Assembly: GCA_003056165.1 (NCBI GenBank)
Contig: LSNR01000014.1
Span: forward strand, 70,408-134,407
Direction: 5' to 3'
Length of the DNA: 64,000 nt
Origin: Parcubacteria group bacterium M6-OD1-3
GTDB taxonomy: Bacteria > Patescibacteriota > Minisyncoccia > Moranbacterales > UBA9337
Of the stretch, positions 58,282-64,000 are shown piece after piece. Both the position numbers and the translations under genes were made by a program. The notes beneath the pieces were generated by a model. It did not search any database, was not told the DNA's origin, and saw nothing but the letters and a program-made list of their open reading frames with translations. The stretch's first letter is position 1; the number at the start of each line of letters is the position of its first letter.

Positions 58282-59517
58282 ATGAAAAATTTAAAAAAAA
58301 CAGATCAAAAAATTTATAAGGCTATCCAAGGTGAGCAAAAAAGACAAGAGGAAGGTTTGGAAATGATTGCTTCGGAAAATTATGTTTCCAAAGCGGTTTT
58401 AGAAACATTGGGAACGGTTTTCACTAACAAATATTCCGAGGGTTATCCAGGGAAAAGATATTATGGTGGGCAAGAATTTACCGATGTAGTTGAAAGTTTG
58501 GCGATTGACAGGGCTCAGAAGCTTTTTAAAGCTCAACATATTAATGTGCAACCTCTTTCAGGTGCTCCAGCCAATATGATAGCTTATAGTGCTGTTTTAA
58601 AACCTGGAGATAAAATTTTAGGAATGGATCTTTCACACGGTGGACATTTAACACATGGACACCCTGTTACTTTATCAGCCCAAATTTATAATTTCATCGG
58701 ATATAAGACAGAAAAAGACGGTCAGATAGATTATGTTGCTTTGGAAAAAATGGCAATTAAAGAAAAACCAAAAATGATTTTGGCGGGATTTTCCGCTTAT
58801 AGTAGAAACTTAAATTATCGTAAATTTAGACAAATTGCCAATAAAATAAATGCGATTCTAATGATTGATATTGCTCACATTGCCGGACTAATCGCCGGAA
58901 AAGCAATTTCCAATCCTGTTCCTTATTTTGATATTGTCACAACAACCACGCATAAAACTTTGCGTGGTCCGCGTGGCGGAATGATAATGTGCAAAAAAAA
59001 ATATGCACAAGCAATTGATAAAGCTACTTTTCCTGGGTTTCAAGGTGGACCGCATATGAATAATATTGCTGCCAAAGCGGTAGCTTTCGGCGAAGCATTA
59101 AGACCATCTTTCAAAAAATATGCTAAGCAAATTATATTAAATGCCAAAGTTTTGGAAAAAGAATTGAAGCAATATGATTTTAAAATAATGTTTGGCGGAA
59201 CAGATAATCATATGCTCCTGATTGATGTTTTTGGCAGTAAAAATGTAAGTGGAAAAGAAGCTGAAATTGCTTTGGATAAAATTGGTATAACTATTAACAA
59301 AAATGTCATACCGGATGATTCAAGAAGCCCAATGGATCCAAGTGGAATTAGAATTGGCACTCCGGCTATCACAACTCGCGGAATGAAAGAAAGAGAAGTA
59401 AGACAAATTGCCGTTTGGATAAACATTGCTATTGAAAATCATAATAACGAAAAAGTTTTAAGGAAATTACATAAAGAGGTAAAACAACTTTGTAAAAAAT
59501 TTCCTTTGTATAAATAA
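58282..59517 (+). CDS. glyA: Serine hydroxymethyltransferase
   Basis: IASENY, YSEGYPGKRYYGG, TTTTHKTLRGPRGG. Confidence 0.98.
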   Translation: MKNLKKTDQKIYKAIQGEQKRQEEGLEMIASENYVSKAVLETLGTVFTNKYSEGYPGKRYYGGQEFTDVVESLAIDRAQKLFKAQHINVQPLSGAPANMIAYSAVLKPGDKILGMDLSHGGHLTHGHPVTLSAQIYNFIGYKTEKDGQIDYVALEKMAIKEKPKMILAGFSAYSRNLNYRKFRQIANKINAILMIDIAHIAGLIAGKAISNPVPYFDIVTTTTHKTLRGPRGGMIMCKKKYAQAIDKATFPGFQGGPHMNNIAAKAVAFGEALRPSFKKYAKQIILNAKVLEKELKQYDFKIMFGGTDNHMLLIDVFGSKNVSGKEAEIALDKIGITINKNVIPDDSRSPMDPSGIRIGTPAITTRGMKEREVRQIAVWINIAIENHNNEKVLRKLHKEVKQLCKKFPLYK

Positions 59518-59529
59518 TTTTTAAAAAAT

Positions 59530-60351
59530 ATGAATAATCACAAAAAAATGAAAGGGATAATTTTGGCGGGAGGAAACGCCACTAGACTTTATCCAAATAC
59601 TTCGCAAATATCAAAACAGATGTTGCCGATTTATAATGTTCCGATGATTTTCTACCCGTTAAATATTTTAATTAAGGCCGGCATTAAAGATATTCTGGTA
59701 ATAGTTTCTCCGGCACATAGTGGCAGGTTTACCAATTTGCTGGAGCCGATGTTTCGTGATGTTGGTGTTAGAATTCTTTCTACTGTTCAGGAAGTCCCCG
59801 GAGGAATTGCCGAGGCTTTTATCTTGGGAGAGGGCTTTATTGGAAATGATAATGCAACTTTAATTTTGGGAGACAATATTTTTGAGGATGCTGAAACTAT
59901 CGCCAATGCCATTAAAAATTTCAAATCGGGCGGACATATTTTTGTTAAAGAAGTTTCCGATCCGGAAAGATTTGGTGTGGCAACGGTAAATAAATCTGGG
60001 ATAGTTACAGCTATCGCGGAAAAACCAGAGAAGCCGGAAAGCAATTTGGCGGTGACGGGAGCATATATTTACGACAACAAAGTTGTTGAAACAGCTAATA
60101 ATATTAAGCCTTCTAATAGAGGTGAACTAGAGATTACCGACATAAATAATGTTTATCTGCAGAAAGGAGAATTAAAGATGAGTAAAATCAACGGCGAATG
60201 GTTGGATGCGGGAACTCCAGATGCGTATTTGGACGCTTGTATTTTGGCTAAGGAGAAAAAGTTGTATGAGAAATTTGACTCGCTAATATTAAAGGCGGTT
60301 GAAATCGGTCGTGAAAAATTTAAGACTCAAGCAAAGAAAATGTTAAAGTAA
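59530..60351 (+). CDS. rfbA: Glucose-1-phosphate thymidylyltransferase-like sugar nucleotidyltransferase
   Basis: KGIILAGG..TRL.P, LGDNIF, EKP, RGELEITD, WLDAGT. Confidence 0.85.
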   Translation: MNNHKKMKGIILAGGNATRLYPNTSQISKQMLPIYNVPMIFYPLNILIKAGIKDILVIVSPAHSGRFTNLLEPMFRDVGVRILSTVQEVPGGIAEAFILGEGFIGNDNATLILGDNIFEDAETIANAIKNFKSGGHIFVKEVSDPERFGVATVNKSGIVTAIAEKPEKPESNLAVTGAYIYDNKVVETANNIKPSNRGELEITDINNVYLQKGELKMSKINGEWLDAGTPDAYLDACILAKEKKLYEKFDSLILKAVEIGREKFKTQAKKMLK

Positions 60352-60381
60352 TTTAAAAAATAATCTAATGATTTTAAAAAT

Positions 60382-61248
60382 ATGAAAATAAAAAAAGCAA
60401 TTTTACCGGTGGCTGGATTTGGAACAAGATTTTTGCCAGCAACAAAAGCACAACCAAAAGAAATGTTACCTATAGTTGATAAGCCGGTTATCCAATATTT
60501 AGTTGAGGAAGCTGTTGATTCTGGAATAGAAGAAATAATATTTGTAACAGGAAGAGGAAAACGAGCCATAGAAGATCATTTCGACATGTCATTTGAATTA
60601 GAACATAATTTGGTGGAAAAACATAAAAAAGAGTTATTGGACGCTGTAAAAAAAATCCCTAAATTGGCAAAGTTTTCTTATGTACGACAACCGGAACCAT
60701 TGGGTGATGGACATGCAATTCTGCAAGCTAGTCATCTCGTAGGAAATGAACCCGTGTTAGTTATTTTTGGTGATTGTCTTTACGATAGTAAAGTTCCTGC
60801 CAGTACTCAAATAATTGAAACTTTTGAAAAATATGGCGATCCCGTAATCGGTTTAAGTTCTGTTGATAAAAAAGAAGTTTCTAAATTCGGAGTTATAGAT
60901 GGAATTAAACTCGATAATTCTACTTGGGAAATAAAAAAAATAGTTGAAAAACCAACAGAAAAGAAAGCCCCGTCAAATTTAGTGGCAGTTGGAAAGTATA
61001 TTATTACTCCTACGGTATTTGAAATTTTGGCGAAGATGAAATCAGGCAAATCAGGCGAAATTAGATTGGCGGACGCTTTTGAAATAATGCTTAAAAAAAA
61101 TAAACCGATTTACGGAAAAGTATTGAGTGGTGAGTGGCTGGACACGGGAAATAAATTAAATTTTATGAAAGCGTCAATTCATCTTGGTCTAAAAAATCCA
61201 GAAATTAAAAAAGATTTGAAAAAATATCTAAAAGGCTTAAATCTGTAA
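60382..61248 (+). CDS. galU: UTP-glucose-1-phosphate uridylyltransferase
   Basis: KAILPVAGFGTRFLPATKAQPKEMLPIVDKP. Confidence 0.95.
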   Translation: MKIKKAILPVAGFGTRFLPATKAQPKEMLPIVDKPVIQYLVEEAVDSGIEEIIFVTGRGKRAIEDHFDMSFELEHNLVEKHKKELLDAVKKIPKLAKFSYVRQPEPLGDGHAILQASHLVGNEPVLVIFGDCLYDSKVPASTQIIETFEKYGDPVIGLSSVDKKEVSKFGVIDGIKLDNSTWEIKKIVEKPTEKKAPSNLVAVGKYIITPTVFEILAKMKSGKSGEIRLADAFEIMLKKNKPIYGKVLSGEWLDTGNKLNFMKASIHLGLKNPEIKKDLKKYLKGLNL

Positions 61249-61259
61249 ACTAAAAAATA

Positions 61260-61976
61260 ATGGTTGCTTTATCGGGTATAAAAATTGATAATCTTTCAAA
61301 ACAAGAAGTCATATCTAAAATTGAACAATTTTTGAGTGAAAATATTTTCAGACAAATTGCCACAGTCAATCCAGAGTTTATTTTAAAAGCGGAAAAGGAT
61401 AAATCATTTAAAAAAATTCTAAATAATTGCGACTTGAATATTGCTGATGGAATTGGTATAAGATTTGCTTTCTGGCGTTTTGGGAAAAATTTAAAATGTC
61501 GTTTTTCCGGAATTGATTTGATGTGGCAAATTTTACAAATAGCCGATAAAAAAAAGCTAAAAGTTTTTTTGATTGCCAACAGAAATGGTCTAAGTACTTG
61601 GCAAGAAACGGCGGATGCGATTAATAAAAAATATCCAAAGTTATTAATTGAGGGGATAGATACAATATTTCAGAATTTACAAAATTCAAAATACCAAATA
61701 TTAGATGACAGATGTCAGTTGGTTTTTTGCAATTTCGGTGCTCCATATCAAGAAAAATTTATCGCTAAACTAAAAAAGGAAAATACCGATATTAAATTGG
61801 CAATGGGAGTAGGGGGAAGTTTTGATTTTATTTCCGACAAAATAAAACGCGCGCCAAAATGGATAAGATTTTTGGGATTGGAATGGTTTTGGCGGTTACT
61901 TCAACAACCGCATCGTCTAAAAAGAATTTTTAAGGCGGTCATAATTTTTCCAGTTAAAGTCATCTTAAATAAATGA
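61260..61976 (+). CDS. WecB/TagA/CpsF family glycosyltransferase
   Basis: TVNPE, ADGIG, GAP.QE, GVGGSFD, RAP...GLEW..RL..QP.R. Confidence 0.93.
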   Translation: MVALSGIKIDNLSKQEVISKIEQFLSENIFRQIATVNPEFILKAEKDKSFKKILNNCDLNIADGIGIRFAFWRFGKNLKCRFSGIDLMWQILQIADKKKLKVFLIANRNGLSTWQETADAINKKYPKLLIEGIDTIFQNLQNSKYQILDDRCQLVFCNFGAPYQEKFIAKLKKENTDIKLAMGVGGSFDFISDKIKRAPKWIRFLGLEWFWRLLQQPHRLKRIFKAVIIFPVKVILNK

Positions 61977-62043
61977 TAAGATTTCTAAGCGAAGTATCGC
62001 TTCAGTGGCTGTTTTATTTTTGGGATAAATATTAAAATTAATT

Positions 62044-62069
62044 TGAAAGAAATTTTGGTAAAATGCGTA
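62044..62069 (+). promoter_or_regulatory. ECF-type promoter TGAAAG-N16-CGTA (autoregulatory candidate)
   Basis: Same motif and spacing recur at 63501-63526. Confidence 0.7.
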
Positions 62070-62110
62070 TTATTTAATACAGGTAATACGAGAGTTTGGA
62101 AAATAAATAA

Positions 62111-62704
62111 ATGATACATAAAGAAGATTGTAGTGATAAAGATGCGGATAATGATCTAGTTAAATTATCTTTAAAAAATCAAGATTATTTTTATTGTTTA
62201 ATTTTGAGATATGAAGACAAGCTTTTGCGATATATTAGAAGAATTTCTTCATCTTCCAGAGAGGATGCTGAAGATATTTTGCAAGAAGTTTTTATTAGTG
62301 TTTATAAGAATCTTAATGATTTTGACAATAAATTAAAATTCTCTTCATGGATTTACAGAATTGCTCACAATCAAACCATTAGTCATTGGCGAAAGATTCA
62401 ATCAAGACCGAAGACAATATCTGGGGACAATGAAGATAATAACCTGTTTGACTTTATTGCTGGAGATGATGATATACTAAAAAGTTTGGAACGGAAATGT
62501 TCGGCAGAACAGATCAGGGAAATAATTTTTAGCTTGGATGATAAATATAGAGATGTTTTGGTGTTGAAATTTTTAGAGGACAAAGATTATAAAGAAATTT
62601 CTGATATTTTAAAGAAGCCGATGGGAACTGTTGCAACTTTAATAAATAGAGCTAAAAAAAAGTTATTGAAGAGTTTAAAAAGTAGAGGATTTAATAATTT
62701 ATAA
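62111..62704 (+). CDS. ECF sigma factor (SigW-like)
   Basis: DAEDILQEVF, FSSWIYRIAHN, YKEISDIL..PMGTV...INRA. Confidence 0.93.
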   Translation: MIHKEDCSDKDADNDLVKLSLKNQDYFYCLILRYEDKLLRYIRRISSSSREDAEDILQEVFISVYKNLNDFDNKLKFSSWIYRIAHNQTISHWRKIQSRPKTISGDNEDNNLFDFIAGDDDILKSLERKCSAEQIREIIFSLDDKYRDVLVLKFLEDKDYKEISDILKKPMGTVATLINRAKKKLLKSLKSRGFNNL

Positions 62705-62708
62705 TATT

Positions 62709-63443
62709 ATGAGTAAAGCAAAAAAAATCTTGAAAAGCATTAAGGATAGAAAAATAAAACCCAAATCAAAGTGGCTTTTCTTGTTGAGGAATTATTTAGT
62801 TTGGCTAATATTTGGCTTAGCCATTTTTGTTGGTGCGATAGCGACAAGCGTGATAATTTTTTCCTTAACTGATAATGATTGGGATTTATATAAAATTTTG
62901 GATAAAAGCTCAGTTTCTTATATTATAATGTCTCTTCCATATATTTGGATAGTAATTTTAATAATTTTTTCTTTATTATCTTATCTAAATTATAAACATA
63001 CCAAAACCGGCTATCGTATAGAACCAATTAAAATTATTTCTATCAGTGTATTACTTAGTGTTTTTTTTGGAAGTATTTTGTTTACTGGAGGATTCGGTGA
63101 GTTTATAGACTATAAACTATCAAAAGATATTCCTTATTACGAGAAAATGATGGCACAACGACAGTTGATTTGGAGTAATCCGGAAAAAGGTCTTTTAGCT
63201 GGAGAAGTGGTGAAAATAAACAGTAAGAATGATTTTTATATTCGTTCATTATCTGGAGAAGAATGGCATATAATTGGAGATAGTATTTTGTGGAAAGGAC
63301 GGGCTTCAGGAAGTGAAGGAAAGAAAGTAAAAATTATCGGAAGAATCTTGGGAGACAATGTTTTTATTGCCGAGGAAATTCGTCCATGGTTTAGTGGAGG
63401 AAGAGGTACTTATAGTGGCAAGCATTTAAACATAAATAGATAA
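62709..63443 (+). CDS. Membrane protein, putative anti-sigma factor
   Basis: Three TM helices plus extracellular OB-like tail; starts 4 bp after the sigma gene. Confidence 0.65.
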   Translation: MSKAKKILKSIKDRKIKPKSKWLFLLRNYLVWLIFGLAIFVGAIATSVIIFSLTDNDWDLYKILDKSSVSYIIMSLPYIWIVILIIFSLLSYLNYKHTKTGYRIEPIKIISISVLLSVFFGSILFTGGFGEFIDYKLSKDIPYYEKMMAQRQLIWSNPEKGLLAGEVVKINSKNDFYIRSLSGEEWHIIGDSILWKGRASGSEGKKVKIIGRILGDNVFIAEEIRPWFSGGRGTYSGKHLNINR

Positions 63444-63467
63444 TTTTATTAAGTATAATACGGTATA

Positions 63468-63495
63468 AAAAATCTCTTTTAAAAAGAGATTTTTT
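63468..63495 (+). terminator. Terminator after the sigma/anti-sigma pair
   Basis: aaaaaatctcttt / aaagagatttttt inverted repeat. Confidence 0.7.
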
Positions 63496-63500
63496 AATTT

Positions 63501-63526
63501 TGAAAGAAATAATGTTACTCAGCGTA
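63501..63526 (+). promoter_or_regulatory. Second ECF-type promoter TGAAAG-N16-CGTA
   Basis: tgaaagaaat...gcgtaata matches 62044-62069. Confidence 0.7.
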
Positions 63527-63625
63527 ATAAATGATGAAACCGGCTGTTTCAATTAATAATTTAAAATATTATACTTGATTGCGCTAATGATATTAATATT
63601 AGAGTAATTATAGTAAAAGAAAAAA

Positions 63626-64000
63626 ATGAAAACTAGCAATAAAACACTAATAGGTGCATCCGCCTTGGTAGCGGTTATATTAGCCGGAGCATATTCATTT
63701 TCAAATGCTTACCAGGGAGATTATACAAAAAAGGGACCAAATTACACAGAAGAGAGACATCAGGCTATGGAAAAGGCTTTTGAAAGCAATGATTATGATG
63801 CTTGGAAAGAGCAAATGAACGGTCGAGGAAGAGTGTCAGAGGTTATAAATAAAGATAATTTTTCTAAATTTGCGGAAGCTCATAAATTGGCAGAGGATGG
63901 AAAATATGAAGAAGCTGATGCAATAAGAAAAGACCTGGGGTTGAGAACTCGTAATGGAGAAAGAATGGGTGCTGGTTATGGAAATAAAAATGGACATGGG
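63626..64000 (+). CDS. Secreted helical protein, partial (runs off the window end)
   Basis: MKTSNKTLIGASALVAVILAGAYSFSNA signal peptide; AFESNDYDAWK...FAEAH; Gly-rich tail. Confidence 0.8.
   Translation, partial: MKTSNKTLIGASALVAVILAGAYSFSNAYQGDYTKKGPNYTEERHQAMEKAFESNDYDAWKEQMNGRGRVSEVINKDNFSKFAEAHKLAEDGKYEEADAIRKDLGLRTRNGERMGAGYGNKNGHG

Overview
AT-rich, almost entirely + strand window from a monoderm, reduced-genome bacterium. Gene content (type IV pilus locus with no secretin, DUF4012-like EPS gene, mostly SD-less genes, tRNAs without encoded CCA) suggests Patescibacteria/CPR (Parcubacteria-like) using code 11. In order: greA; a duplicated cell-surface module (membrane-anchored Ig-like protein plus secreted Cys-rich protein), present once as two genes and once fused with an internal signal peptide; a type IV pilus locus (pilMNO, pilB, response regulator, pilT, pilC, two pilins, pilD, four minor pilins); ligA, gatCA, trxB; an abrB-ridA-ilvA-malic enzyme block; a second minor-pilin/pilMNO locus; tRNA-Arg and tRNA-His; T-box-ileS, proS, tpiA, fba; a defence/accessory island (abrB, Bro-N pseudogene, ClpP-class protease triad, type II R-M, prfA and methylase relics); glycosyltransferases; tRNA-Lys with a 95-bp tandem array; glyA, rfbA, galU, tagA; and an ECF sigma/anti-sigma pair with a visible promoter motif. 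All family assignments come from motif recognition by eye, with no database searches. Best candidates for something undescribed: the pilus-linked anchor + W-x-E-tailed adhesin polyprotein, the protease triad, repeat-capped solo AbrB cassettes and the tRNA-Lys fragment array.
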